DNA from: a virus
Length of the DNA: 64,000 nt
Strand: one strand, 5' to 3'
IMG/VR virus record: IMGVR_UViG_3300021964_010186
Coordinates: 1-64,000 of that record
A program made the translations under genes and the position numbers. The notes under the pieces are model-generated. The model searched no databases, was not told where the DNA came from, and saw only the letters and a list, made by a program, of their open reading frames with translations. This document shows, one piece after another, positions 18,446 through 28,007 of the stretch (position 1 is its first letter; every line of letters begins with the position of its first letter).

Positions 18446-18451
18446 TAAATA
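18446..18451 (+). promoter_or_regulatory. TAAATA late-promoter-like motif
   Basis: TAAATA 5 nt before ATG 18457 with no SD; the same arrangement recurs at four other genes. Confidence 0.5.
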
Positions 18452-18456
18452 GCAGT

Positions 18457-18855
18457 ATGGATCGCAAGACAGCCTACACACGCACCTTTATGGAGTTATT
18501 AGAACAACCGGTTCATGATGAGACCATCAAAAACAACTACTACGCATGGTGGCAGAACGTGAGGGAGAGTTACCAAGCCAGGAGTTTAAGACTCACCAAA
18601 CAGGGTCTGGAGATGTTAGAAAAGTTGGACCTCAAAACCTACACCATCAAATTCCCAGCCAAGGTCATATTCACCCCACAGACCTACCTGTGGTTGGACG
18701 AATTCGTTGACTGTCCTTATTTCGTGGACAAGAAACAAATAATAGTCACAATGGAGAAAATGGCGCTACAATTGATGCTATTTGCTGGGGATATCACAAA
18801 ATACGGGCTCGCAAGAGCAATGAGTAAGATAGACGAGCAGAAGGAAAATGAATAA
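18457..18855 (+). CDS. Conserved phage hypothetical protein
   Basis: WWQNVR...SLRLT..G...WLDEFVDCPYF. Confidence 0.75.
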   Translation: MDRKTAYTRTFMELLEQPVHDETIKNNYYAWWQNVRESYQARSLRLTKQGLEMLEKLDLKTYTIKFPAKVIFTPQTYLWLDEFVDCPYFVDKKQIIVTMEKMALQLMLFAGDITKYGLARAMSKIDEQKENE

Positions 18856-19972
18856 TACCTACTGTAACATAATCCAAAAAGGTCTGTCCGTGTCTCACCA
18901 AGGAGTAAGTTTGTGTGTTATAAATCCTGACAAACACCAAATGAAGCCTTCGGAATTTTGGTACAGTGACCTGAGAGCCACGGAACTGGACAACATGTTT
19001 AAAGGTAAATCTGTGAAAGGCTGTGACATTTGCTACACGAACGAAAAGCACAATATTCCAAGTTCACGATCGTTCTACAACAACAACATCTATACCAACA
19101 TTCCCAGCAAAGAGTTACCAACCATAGTCGATCTAGATTTTTCAAACTTCTGCAATCTAAAATGTCTTATGTGTAGCCCTGTGAGAAGCTCAGAATGGGG
19201 CAAGGATCGAGGATACCCTAATAATGGTATCAAAAGTATATCAATGGACCTCATCGATGACCTAGTATCGATCTCAGACAACATTGAACAAATGACCATA
19301 CAGGGGGGAGAACCTTCTATCATGAAGGAATATGAATACTATTTTGAACACCTAGATAGAAAAAATATACTGGGCAATATCAATCTACAAGTTATTACCA
19401 ACGCTACTAATGTGAACACAAAGTTCTACAAACTGCTAGAAGGATTCAAATCAGTTAGATTGAGTGTGAGTGTTGATGCTTTTGGTAAGGCAAATAACTA
19501 CATAAGATGGCCAAGTAATTTTGAACAGATTGAAAAGAATCTCGTCAAAATGAGAGAACTGCGGAACAATGTAAAAGTTGAGATATTAAACTCGCTTAAT
19601 GTGTTATCTATGTTCAATTATCACGATTTCCTATCTTGGTGTAAGAAAATGGAATCATTATACAGTGAAAAAAATAGGCCTTTCAGTGTTGTGCCCATGA
19701 AAGTGGTATTTCCTGTGCAGTGGAGTCCGTTCATAGCACCTAGAAGTCTTAAAGATAGGTTCACTAACGACGTTAAAAAGTTCATACAGAAGGATAGTCT
19801 TACACATAACTTCAACTTTAAAACCGAGATAATGATGCTTATGAATAGGATACAAAAAACTGAGACAAATCAGCAGGCCATCGATCTCATGAAATCAAGT
19901 GTGAAAGCATTAGATACTAAAAGAAATACAAAAATTACTAACTATATCCCAGATTTCTACAAATACATCTAA
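18848..19972 (+). CDS. Radical SAM protein with N-terminal twitch/SPASM-like Cys cluster (AT-rich)
   Basis: C..C..GCDIC, then NFCNLKCLMC, QGGEP, TNAT, SVDA, YIRWP. Confidence 0.85.
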   Translation: MNNTYCNIIQKGLSVSHQGVSLCVINPDKHQMKPSEFWYSDLRATELDNMFKGKSVKGCDICYTNEKHNIPSSRSFYNNNIYTNIPSKELPTIVDLDFSNFCNLKCLMCSPVRSSEWGKDRGYPNNGIKSISMDLIDDLVSISDNIEQMTIQGGEPSIMKEYEYYFEHLDRKNILGNINLQVITNATNVNTKFYKLLEGFKSVRLSVSVDAFGKANNYIRWPSNFEQIEKNLVKMRELRNNVKVEILNSLNVLSMFNYHDFLSWCKKMESLYSEKNRPFSVVPMKVVFPVQWSPFIAPRSLKDRFTNDVKKFIQKDSLTHNFNFKTEIMMLMNRIQKTETNQQAIDLMKSSVKALDTKRNTKITNYIPDFYKYI

Positions 19973-20003
19973 AAAAACCAGTAAAACTGCGACTTCTGTG
20001 CGG

Positions 20004-20031
20004 TTGACCTATCGCATATTCCTGCTATAAT
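20004..20031 (+). promoter_or_regulatory. Sigma70 promoter of AAA/VWA operon
   Basis: TTGACC-16 nt-TATAAT with TGn extension; AGGAG SD before ATG 20065. Confidence 0.65.
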
Positions 20032-20064
20032 GATATTATAAACATTTAAACAGGAGTGTACTAA

Positions 20065-21171
20065 ATGGTAAGAGCAAACAAAAACAAAGAGGCGGCGGTA
20101 GGTTCTCAGAACAGAACAGTATCACCAAACGAGGCAAAATCAGCATTAACACATTGTATCAAACTACAGAGACCCATAATGATGTGGGGAGCACCGGGCA
20201 TCGGTAAATCCGATATCGTGAAGCAGATCGCGGACGCGGAAGGCAGAGAAGTGATCGACATCAGACTTCCTTTATGGGAGCCCACAGACATCAAGGGTAT
20301 CCCTTATTACAATTCAAAAGAAAACAACATGGTGTGGGCAAGTCCGGCGGAACTGCCAACTGATCCCAAGTCAAACGCCATAGTGTTCTTGGACGAGTTG
20401 AACTCGGCGGCGCCGGCTGTACAGGCGGCGGCATATCAATTGATCCTAAACAGAAGGGTCGGACAGTATCACCTACCAGAAGGCGTTTCGATCGTGGCGG
20501 CGGGTAACAGAGACTCAGACAAGGGTGTCACTTACAGGATGCCGGCCCCATTGGCCAACAGATTCGTACACATCGAACTTAGGGTGGATTTCGAAGACTG
20601 GATGGAATGGGCCACAGGACAACACATACACGCAGATGTGGTAGGATACTGCACATTCGCCAAACAAGATTTATATGATTTCGATCCAAGAGGATCGAGC
20701 AGATCATTCGCAACTCCAAGATCATGGAGTTTCGTAAGCCAACTTCTATCAGACAGCCTGCCAGAAAGTACGCTCACTGACCTCGTAGCAGGTTGCGTAG
20801 GAGAAGGACTGGCCGTTAAGTTTATGAATCATCGTAAAATTAGCGGTCAGTTACCTAACCCATCTGATATATTGAGCGGTAAGGTCAGAGACCTTAAGAC
20901 GAAGGAAATATCAGCGATGTACTCGCTGACGGTTTCGTTGTGCTATGAACTACAACAGGCACACGAGAAGAAAGACAAGACTTGGAATGAACAAGCGGAC
21001 AGGTTCTTCAACTACATGATGGACAACTTCGAGACGGAGTTGGTCGTGATGGGTGCGAAGATCGCCTTAACGAATTACAAACTTCCGTTCGATCCTAGCA
21101 AGTTGAAATCATTTGATAGGTTCCATAAGAAGTTTGGCAAGTACGTCATAACTGCTATGGAGTCTAAATAA
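20065..21171 (+). CDS. MoxR-like AAA+ ATPase
   Basis: Walker A GAPGIGKS, Walker B IVFLDE, AAGNR, PLANRF, ATPRSW. Confidence 0.9.
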   Translation: MVRANKNKEAAVGSQNRTVSPNEAKSALTHCIKLQRPIMMWGAPGIGKSDIVKQIADAEGREVIDIRLPLWEPTDIKGIPYYNSKENNMVWASPAELPTDPKSNAIVFLDELNSAAPAVQAAAYQLILNRRVGQYHLPEGVSIVAAGNRDSDKGVTYRMPAPLANRFVHIELRVDFEDWMEWATGQHIHADVVGYCTFAKQDLYDFDPRGSSRSFATPRSWSFVSQLLSDSLPESTLTDLVAGCVGEGLAVKFMNHRKISGQLPNPSDILSGKVRDLKTKEISAMYSLTVSLCYELQQAHEKKDKTWNEQADRFFNYMMDNFETELVVMGAKIALTNYKLPFDPSKLKSFDRFHKKFGKYVITAMESK

Positions 21172-22412
21172 TGGACTACAGAGAACAGAAGATAATTGAC
21201 AAACTGGTCACTGCAAGGATCGCCTTACTACTGAAACATCCTTTCTTTGGCAACCTGGCAACAAGACTTAAACTTGTGAATGCCGATGACTGGTGTCCAA
21301 CTGCGGGAACGGATGGCAGACACTTCTTCTACAACACCAAGTTCATAGATTCACTGACACCCAAGGAGGCAGAGTTCCTGTTTGGACACGAGGTGCTACA
21401 CAACGTATTCGAACACATGCTGGTGAGGATAGGTGACAGAGATCCAACACTCTGGAACATAGCGGCGGACTACGCGGTTAACCAGATCTTGAAGGACAGC
21501 AACATAGGTGAGATGCCAAAGGGCAAGAAAGGTGAGAACAAAGGATTCCAGGACGACAAGTACAAGGACTGGGCGAGCGAAAGGATATACGACGACCTCT
21601 ACAAGACCGCCAAGAAGAACGGCAAGAAGTTCCTGGAGAAGTTGGGAGAACTGATGGACGATCACCAGGAATGGGGCAAAGGTGATGGTGACTCAAAGGA
21701 CAAGGGCGAGAAGGGTGACAAACAAGGTGGCAAGGGCAAACCGGTGTACACCAAGGAAGAACTAAAGAAGATCAGAGACGAGATAAAAGAAGCGATGGTG
21801 AGTGCCGCACAGAGCACGGGTGCCAGCAACCTACCAGGCGCACTACAGAGATTGGTCAGAGATCTCACAGAGCCCAAGATGGACTGGAGAGAGATACTAC
21901 AACAACAGATAATGAGCACTATCAAGAGCGACTATACTTGGATGAGACCAAGCAGGAAATCATGGCACACATCCGCAATACTACCGGGACAGAACAACGA
22001 CGAGATGATCGACATATGCTTGGCGCTTGATGCCAGCGGTTCGATCAGCAACGAACAGTGTAGGGAGTTCCTGACAGAGGTGAAAAACATAATGGACCAA
22101 TACAAGGACTTCAGGATACATCTTTGGAGTTTTGACACGGAGGTTTTCAACCCCGTGGTGTTCACACCGGACAACGCGGACGAGTTGTTGGACTACAAAC
22201 TGGGTTCAGGTGGTGGCACGGAATTCGAGTGCAACTGGAGATACATGAAGGACCAGGGCATAGAGCCCAAGAAGTTCGTGATGTTCACGGACGGTTGGCC
22301 TTTCGATTCATGGGGCGACGAGGACTACTGCGACACCATATTCTTAATCAACAATCCATACGAGAGGGACATAGAGGCCCCGTTTGGTATGACGGTACAG
22401 TACAATGATTGA
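21171..22412 (+). CDS. Metallopeptidase-like (HExxH) plus VWA-domain protein (DUF2201-like)
   Basis: TAGTDG, HEVLH, NIAADYAVN, MIDAS DASGS, GGGT, FTDG; TAATG-coupled to the ATPase. Confidence 0.88.
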   Translation: MDYREQKIIDKLVTARIALLLKHPFFGNLATRLKLVNADDWCPTAGTDGRHFFYNTKFIDSLTPKEAEFLFGHEVLHNVFEHMLVRIGDRDPTLWNIAADYAVNQILKDSNIGEMPKGKKGENKGFQDDKYKDWASERIYDDLYKTAKKNGKKFLEKLGELMDDHQEWGKGDGDSKDKGEKGDKQGGKGKPVYTKEELKKIRDEIKEAMVSAAQSTGASNLPGALQRLVRDLTEPKMDWREILQQQIMSTIKSDYTWMRPSRKSWHTSAILPGQNNDEMIDICLALDASGSISNEQCREFLTEVKNIMDQYKDFRIHLWSFDTEVFNPVVFTPDNADELLDYKLGSGGGTEFECNWRYMKDQGIEPKKFVMFTDGWPFDSWGDEDYCDTIFLINNPYERDIEAPFGMTVQYND

Positions 22413-22533
22413 CAAGAACCTTTTCCACATAATATGGGAGACCATCAAGGACTGGGTAGACAATCCATTCGTGATAGCGATCCTGATCATGTTGGCAACA
22501 CTGGTAATATTCCAGATAGGAGTGGGATCATGA
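22405..22533 (+). CDS. 42-aa single-TM protein (below ORF-track cutoff)
   Basis: MIDKNLFHIIWETIKDWVDNPFVIAILIMLATLVIFQIGVGS*; overlaps the VWA stop and is ATGA-coupled to 22530. Confidence 0.6.
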   Translation: MIDKNLFHIIWETIKDWVDNPFVIAILIMLATLVIFQIGVGS

Positions 22534-22886
22534 TGTTGTTCCCAAACACGAATCCGTACTCGGGCAAACTCGAGAAAGTCAAGAACCTGAGGAACTGGAT
22601 GATAGATGCGGCCACTATACTGTTCGACGACAGCAAGAATGACCTACGGGCACTGCCAAAGACCGTGAGACTACAGATACTACTGACCCTGAGCTTCCTT
22701 TGGAGCACCGCATTCACGATCTATTTCTGGGGCATCAGAACGGACCTATGGTTGAGTTGGTTCCTGGGACACCTCGCGGTGATATTCGTGGCCTACTACA
22801 CATTCAAACAGTTCCACAAGAAGCCATACACCATGCGGGCGGATAAGAACGAGCCGCCAATGTATGACGACGTCTGGGGAGCCTGA
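22530..22886 (+). CDS. Two-TM membrane protein
   Basis: Start ATG 22530 (MMLFPNTN); NDLRALP..VRLQILLTLSFLWSTAF. Confidence 0.7.
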   Translation: MMLFPNTNPYSGKLEKVKNLRNWMIDAATILFDDSKNDLRALPKTVRLQILLTLSFLWSTAFTIYFWGIRTDLWLSWFLGHLAVIFVAYYTFKQFHKKPYTMRADKNEPPMYDDVWGA

Positions 22887-23266
22887 TGACCGAGAGACTG
22901 AAAGCATTCAAATTGATAGAGAAGTCAATGTTGGGCATCATAGCCCTGCTGACCATCCTGGCCACGGCACAGGAGATCAAGACGATATTCGACAATAGAG
23001 CGATAGGGCTCGCTGACCTTCTGTTGCTTTTCATCTACACAGAGGTGTTGGGCATGATAGGGGTGTTCTTCGTCAGCAACAGGATACCGATCACTTTGCC
23101 ACTGTTCATAGCCATCACCGCGATCGCGAGATTGATCATACTACAGGGCAAGAGCATGGACGCCAGCAGTCTATTGTACGAGGCGGGAGCGATATTGATA
23201 CTGACTTTGGCCATCGTGGCCATCAGGTACCGAGGCAAGCACATAGATGAAGATAAATCCCAATAA
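22886..23266 (+). CDS. psiE: Phosphate-starvation-inducible PsiE family membrane protein
   Basis: LADLLLLFIYTEVLGM...RIPITLPLFIAITAIARLIIL. Confidence 0.85.
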   Translation: MTERLKAFKLIEKSMLGIIALLTILATAQEIKTIFDNRAIGLADLLLLFIYTEVLGMIGVFFVSNRIPITLPLFIAITAIARLIILQGKSMDASSLLYEAGAILILTLAIVAIRYRGKHIDEDKSQ

Positions 23267-23513
23267 CTTCTTCAAGAGAGAACTAGACATATTACCACCA
23301 CACTTCGTGAACACCGTGGTCAAGGCACACGAGGGCGACGTGGAGAAGATGCGTAGATGGATCTACGAGCACTGCTCGGGCCGTTACTCAATTACCAAGG
23401 ACGTGGTGTATGATGGGGAGAATTCCAGATCGGTCACCGTGTTGGGTTTTGAGGAGCCCGGTGATCTCACACTGTTCGCACTCAGCGGCATCGCCCAAGA
23501 ACATCAGAAATAA
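23247..23513 (+). CDS. Hypothetical protein
   Basis: PPHF...WIYEHCSGRY...LGFEEPGDLTLFAL. Confidence 0.7.
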   Translation: MKINPNNFFKRELDILPPHFVNTVVKAHEGDVEKMRRWIYEHCSGRYSITKDVVYDGENSRSVTVLGFEEPGDLTLFALSGIAQEHQK

Positions 23514-23516
23514 CCG

Positions 23517-23546
23517 TTGCACTCCATAATTAATTTATAGTATAAT
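23517..23546 (+). promoter_or_regulatory. Sigma70-like promoter
   Basis: TTGCAC-18 nt-TATAAT in an AT-rich intergenic gap; AGGAG SD before 23588. Confidence 0.55.
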
Positions 23547-23587
23547 ATACGTATATTAATACCAATTGCAATTAGGAGAAATAACAA

Positions 23588-23902
23588 ATGGCAACAAAGA
23601 CTAAGAACTTGAAGAAGCCAGCCAAGGCAACTGTTGAACCCAAAGCGGCCGCGCAACCGCAACAGGCACCAGCAGGCACACAGGCTCCACAACCGGATCC
23701 CACTGCACTGTCGATCGGCGACTTGAGGAACCTATCAACCATACTTGACGTGGCATCCACAAGGGGTGCGTTCAAGGCCAACGAGATGGCGGGCGTGGGT
23801 TTCCTATACAACAAACTACAGGCGTTCCTGGCCAAGGTGGCACCGGAGCAGAAACCTGAAGGAACAAAAGCGGAAGCACCAGCGACTGCGGAAGGAAAAT
23901 AA
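23588..23902 (+). CDS. Conserved phage hypothetical protein
   Basis: LSIGDL...ILDVASTRGAFKANEM..VG.LYNKL..FL core with low-complexity flanks. Confidence 0.8.
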   Translation: MATKTKNLKKPAKATVEPKAAAQPQQAPAGTQAPQPDPTALSIGDLRNLSTILDVASTRGAFKANEMAGVGFLYNKLQAFLAKVAPEQKPEGTKAEAPATAEGK

Positions 23903-23903
23903 T

Positions 23904-24458
23904 ATGTCAACACTAGTTAATGTGAACGAACAGGCCATGCCAATGGGTGACAACACCGGACAGGCGGGCGATGGACAGACTGGTCCAAAGAGACACTTCA
24001 AACACATCGGAGAGTTGGCGGACCAATCAAAGGCCAAGGTCGTGATAATGTACAGGACTGTGCCAGGGGAACCTGACAATTGCCTGGTGGTGGGAACCAA
24101 GTTCCTGCCAGACATGTACCACAACGCCCTGATGAAGGCCGTGGAGTCAGCGGGTGGACAGGATGCGGACGAGTTCGCGGACTTCGCCAGCAGGCAGACT
24201 TTCCCAGACGGGACAAATATGTTGGCTATGCTACACAATGACAACTACATCAAGAAGTTCAAGACCAAGGAGATCATGGTCACCTACGGCAATGCCGCGG
24301 AGGGCAGGATCCTTTTGAACAAGTTGAACGAAATGATAGCCAAGGAGAAGGGCACCACCGTAAAGGAGATGGCCGCGGATCCTGAAGCGGAAGTCAAAGC
24401 ACCGGCTAAGAAGACTACCAAGAAAGCGGATGCCAAAGCGACAGCCGCCAAAGAATAG
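23904..24458 (+). CDS. Conserved phage hypothetical protein
   Basis: Start ATG 23904; KHIG...YRTVPGEPDNCLVV...FPDGTNMLAMLH. Confidence 0.75.
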   Translation: MSTLVNVNEQAMPMGDNTGQAGDGQTGPKRHFKHIGELADQSKAKVVIMYRTVPGEPDNCLVVGTKFLPDMYHNALMKAVESAGGQDADEFADFASRQTFPDGTNMLAMLHNDNYIKKFKTKEIMVTYGNAAEGRILLNKLNEMIAKEKGTTVKEMAADPEAEVKAPAKKTTKKADAKATAAKE

Positions 24459-24774
24459 CACTTGGGTACAGTTGACGAAGGAATTCGTCAAGGAATGGCC
24501 GGAGGTACTGGAGGGCTTACACTTCCAGAACATGCCGGTCAAGTACCTGATGTACGTGAACATCATACTCAAGAACAACATCACCATACACTACGACATA
24601 GCCAACGAGCTGAAATCAAAGAAACAGGCCACTATAGCCCGATTCCTCAAGGAGACCATAGAGACGCATTACATGAAAATCAAGACAGTGGATCTTAAGT
24701 TTGACATACCCGCACTGAAACGCGACATGGAGTCACGTACTTCGTTACTGATGGCTAAAACTTTCAAAAAGTAA
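24430..24774 (+). CDS. Hypothetical protein
   Basis: WPEVL...MPVKYL...VDLKFDI..LKRD; last + strand gene. Confidence 0.7.
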   Translation: MPKRQPPKNSTWVQLTKEFVKEWPEVLEGLHFQNMPVKYLMYVNIILKNNITIHYDIANELKSKKQATIARFLKETIETHYMKIKTVDLKFDIPALKRDMESRTSLLMAKTFKK

Positions 24775-25626
24775 ATCTAGATTTTTTGCGACTTCTACCG
24801 CATTATCAACACCTGTCAGGGGTGTTCTTTTAGAAGTGATACATTCCACAAATTCCTTCAACTCATTACGTAGGGGATTCGATTCTATGTTGAATGTTTT
24901 TATCGTTGGTTCATAGTTCATTCTACCGTCTTGCCATATATCTGTGGTCAGTTTTATTGTCTTTGCTTCTTCATCCCAGAACAACAAACCGTTCTCTCCT
25001 GTAATGGACATGGTTCTGACCTTCTCAGGATAGTACCAACTGAGATTCAATTTCACAGAAACATCGTCGCATAAAAAACTGTATTCTTCTCTATCATTTT
25101 GACTGTTGTCAGAAAAGTTATCTCCTATACAAATAATATTTTCAAATTCGTGATATCCTAACAGGTAGTGAATAATGCTTACATCGTGTGGTGCTAAACT
25201 ATGCAGTGTACCGATCTTTTTCTGATATCTCCCCCAGTTCAATCTATTTGATTCTATGTGCTGTATTTTTCCAATATGTGGTAGTAATTCCTTTAATTTT
25301 TTTACCCTATCGTTATACAAAAATATGTGTCCCACCATCACAGTTTGATAATCTTTGATTTTATTTTTTATGTCTAAGCACTCTCGAGTGGTCAATGCCA
25401 GTGGTTTCTCGACATACAGGTTCTTGCCTCTATCCAACAACTCCATTGTCTGGACATAATGATCCCACGCCGGCGTGGCCAGTATCACGTTGTCGTACTT
25501 TATGTCTTTCAGATCCTTGCCTTCCTTGATGTCTATGATTTCAATCTCTGACACGCTAGGTATTGTTTCCAGTTCTGTCTTGAGTTTGGAACCCCAATAT
25601 CCTGCACCCACCAGACTAACCTGCAT
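24745..25626 (-). CDS. Gfo/Idh/MocA family oxidoreductase (nucleotide-sugar dehydrogenase-like)
   Basis: VGAGYWG, ILATP..H, VEKPLA, VGHIFLYN, LAPHD. Confidence 0.9.
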   Translation of the reverse strand: MQVSLVGAGYWGSKLKTELETIPSVSEIEIIDIKEGKDLKDIKYDNVILATPAWDHYVQTMELLDRGKNLYVEKPLALTTRECLDIKNKIKDYQTVMVGHIFLYNDRVKKLKELLPHIGKIQHIESNRLNWGRYQKKIGTLHSLAPHDVSIIHYLLGYHEFENIICIGDNFSDNSQNDREEYSFLCDDVSVKLNLSWYYPEKVRTMSITGENGLLFWDEEAKTIKLTTDIWQDGRMNYEPTIKTFNIESNPLRNELKEFVECITSKRTPLTGVDNAVEVAKNLDLLFESFSHQ

Positions 25627-26710
25627 AGAACTCCTTTATGCAGTTTATCACATATTGTTGATGGTGCTCGGGCAGTGTGTGATAACAAGGAAGACTCAAT
25701 ATGTTTTCACAGACATATTCCGTCCTGGGCAGATCCGTCCCGTCCTCGAACGCCCTGGTCCTGTGTGTGGGGAACTTGTAGTGTATGTTGGTGGCTATAC
25801 CTTTCCCTTTCAGGAAGGACTGTAATCGGTCCCTTGTGCCCTCTGGGGTCTCGATCACGTAAACGTAATAGGTGTGTTTACCCCATGGGGCCTCTTTCGG
25901 ACACCCTACTATGTCTTCAAGTTGCTCTGTGTATCGCCTACATATTTCTCTTTTCTTGTCTAACCATTCATCAATTTTTTTTAATTTTGTTTGTACTATA
26001 ACCGCCTGGAGATTGTCTATCCTGGCATTGTATCCTACGGTATCGTACTCGAATTTGGTTTTCCTACCATGATCCCTGTACATCCTGACCTTGTCTATTA
26101 GTGCCTTGTTACCTGTGACAGCACCAGCGTCTCCCATAGCGCCTAGGTTCTTGACCGGGTTGAAACTGAAACAGGTCAGGTCCACCAGACCGCCAACTTT
26201 CTTCCCTTTGTACTCCGAGCCGAAACTCTGTGCGGCATCCTCTATCACGAACAGGTTCCATTCCGCGGCGAACTCCTTGATCTTATCTATGTCGGGTGTC
26301 TGTCCATACAGGTCTACGAATAATACCGCTTTCATCCTGCCGGTGTAGATTAACTGTTCTGTGTTCAAGTGATAGAACTCATCTATGTCTATGAAACGCG
26401 GTATGGCACCCACGTTCACTATGGCCTCCGTTGTTGACACGAATGTGTGTCCCACTGTCAGCACTTCGTTTCCCGGTCCAATGCCTAATGCCTTTAGGGC
26501 ACAGACCAATGCGTTCGTGCCTGAACCTATGCTGGCACAGTCCTCCGCGCCTGTGTAATCACATATAGACTTTTCAAAGTTGTCCACAGTGCTTCCTGTA
26601 ATGAAATCGGATCTGGTTATTATGTCCGCTATCGCAGAATCTATCTCTGTCTTCAATTCCTCATATTGAGGATATAGATCAACGAACGGTATCTTTATAT
26701 TTTGATTCAT
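25616..26710 (-). CDS. DegT/DnrJ/EryC1/StrS PLP aminotransferase
   Basis: IPFVDL, SGTNAL, IEDAAQ, SFNPVKNLGAMGDAG, GYNARID. Confidence 0.93.
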   Translation of the reverse strand: MNQNIKIPFVDLYPQYEELKTEIDSAIADIITRSDFITGSTVDNFEKSICDYTGAEDCASIGSGTNALVCALKALGIGPGNEVLTVGHTFVSTTEAIVNVGAIPRFIDIDEFYHLNTEQLIYTGRMKAVLFVDLYGQTPDIDKIKEFAAEWNLFVIEDAAQSFGSEYKGKKVGGLVDLTCFSFNPVKNLGAMGDAGAVTGNKALIDKVRMYRDHGRKTKFEYDTVGYNARIDNLQAVIVQTKLKKIDEWLDKKREICRRYTEQLEDIVGCPKEAPWGKHTYYVYVIETPEGTRDRLQSFLKGKGIATNIHYKFPTHRTRAFEDGTDLPRTEYVCENILSLPCYHTLPEHHQQYVINCIKEFYAG

Positions 26711-28007
26711 AATATTTCTTTAACCATTCAAAGTCGTATGATAACATAAGTTGTTTATTATCACTACCGTGTGTTTGGTAATATTCCTGGGCATCCTTTG
26801 ATCCTTTGAGACACCACTCAGCATTCTCGCCTTCTCCCACTGTGAGCCATTTTTTCAGTCTGTGGTTGTTCTCCACTGTTGGTTTGCCCTGCAGAAGTTT
26901 GATAACTTCCCTGAAAGCGGTCCTCCAAGCCAACCATGGCGTCTCATTGAAATGATTAATAGCGGACAGTATGGGTATCCAATCATGTGGTGCTGATAGA
27001 GTAAAGTCCAATCCCGGTCTAGTGGTTTCCATCACTAACTTTTTATTGTATAATAGCACCGCTCCATGGCCATATTCCAAGCCGTTGACGGGATTTTTAC
27101 AATTAAAAATATAATGACAGGGATTCTTCATCCTGTCGGGCTGGAAGTCAAAGTTGAAGGTATCCACTATCTCCAGTTTTGGAAACACAGCAAAGAAGTA
27201 ATCAGTATCACTCATGGCGGCCGCAGTCATGTAAGCCAGTGTTTGTCCTTGGATGCCTTTGCTCCACTTGGCTCTTGGATATTTTAATTTGAGTTCATTG
27301 AATCTTTTCTCTGCACTGGGTTCGTCATAAGATATGAATATGATGTCCATGGGTTTCACATCATAATCAAGATCAAAATGCACACTGCGATCGATGTCAT
27401 AAAATTGTTTTAGATCGTCTCTGTGGGGGACCAACATTATGTCTTTTGTTTCACCCCAAGAATAAATTTTTTCATCCTCCCAGAAACTGGGATAGAAGTT
27501 TGGGACATCGAGATTTGTAAGATCCTTGTTGATCATCCATGTGTAGAAGTTGGTGGAACTCACATAAGATTCGTAAGGATCCTTGAGTTTGAAATAGGTC
27601 CTTGGCAAGGGTCTTTGGTACAGGGTAGGATTTGCGTGATAATTTATGTCTCGATAATCTCTCAAGAAATTTATGTCGTTCATCTGCTCTTTGAACTTCC
27701 GTGTGGGTATCAACAGCACGTTGCCTTCCTTGTTGAGACCTCCCATGGGATGGGTCGTGTACCAAACGTGTATCTGCTCACGTTCATGCTGTTCTGGTAT
27801 GAAATCCAGATCTATGTCGTCCAGTTTGACGAAATTGGAGAAAAACCAGAAATACTCCGTTTTCACATCGTCGACCACCGCTTTTAAAACTTCAAAATAA
27901 CTTCCGATGAAAGGGACTACCCTGGTGTTTGCTAGGGGTGACTGTATGTGAACGGTGTTTTTAAATCTTACCTGTATACTGTCGAATCCAGTCATAGTAA
28001 CTTTCAA
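26679..28007 (-). CDS. Glycosyltransferase-like protein (paralog of 40550-41449 with N-terminal extension)
   Basis: DIIFISYDEP, NPVNGLEYGHGAV, AWRTAFRE..KL align with DFVYISFREP, NNINGLVYGNGGL, AFTAGYREGVKM. Confidence 0.65.
   Translation of the reverse strand: MKVTMTGFDSIQVRFKNTVHIQSPLANTRVVPFIGSYFEVLKAVVDDVKTEYFWFFSNFVKLDDIDLDFIPEQHEREQIHVWYTTHPMGGLNKEGNVLLIPTRKFKEQMNDINFLRDYRDINYHANPTLYQRPLPRTYFKLKDPYESYVSSTNFYTWMINKDLTNLDVPNFYPSFWEDEKIYSWGETKDIMLVPHRDDLKQFYDIDRSVHFDLDYDVKPMDIIFISYDEPSAEKRFNELKLKYPRAKWSKGIQGQTLAYMTAAAMSDTDYFFAVFPKLEIVDTFNFDFQPDRMKNPCHYIFNCKNPVNGLEYGHGAVLLYNKKLVMETTRPGLDFTLSAPHDWIPILSAINHFNETPWLAWRTAFREVIKLLQGKPTVENNHRLKKWLTVGEGENAEWCLKGSKDAQEYYQTHGSDNKQLMLSYDFEWLKKYYESKYKDTVR

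Noticed and set aside
22409-22433. Sigma70 promoter TTGACA...CATAAT
   Set aside because: The spacer is only 13 nt and the sequence lies within a plausible small ORF.
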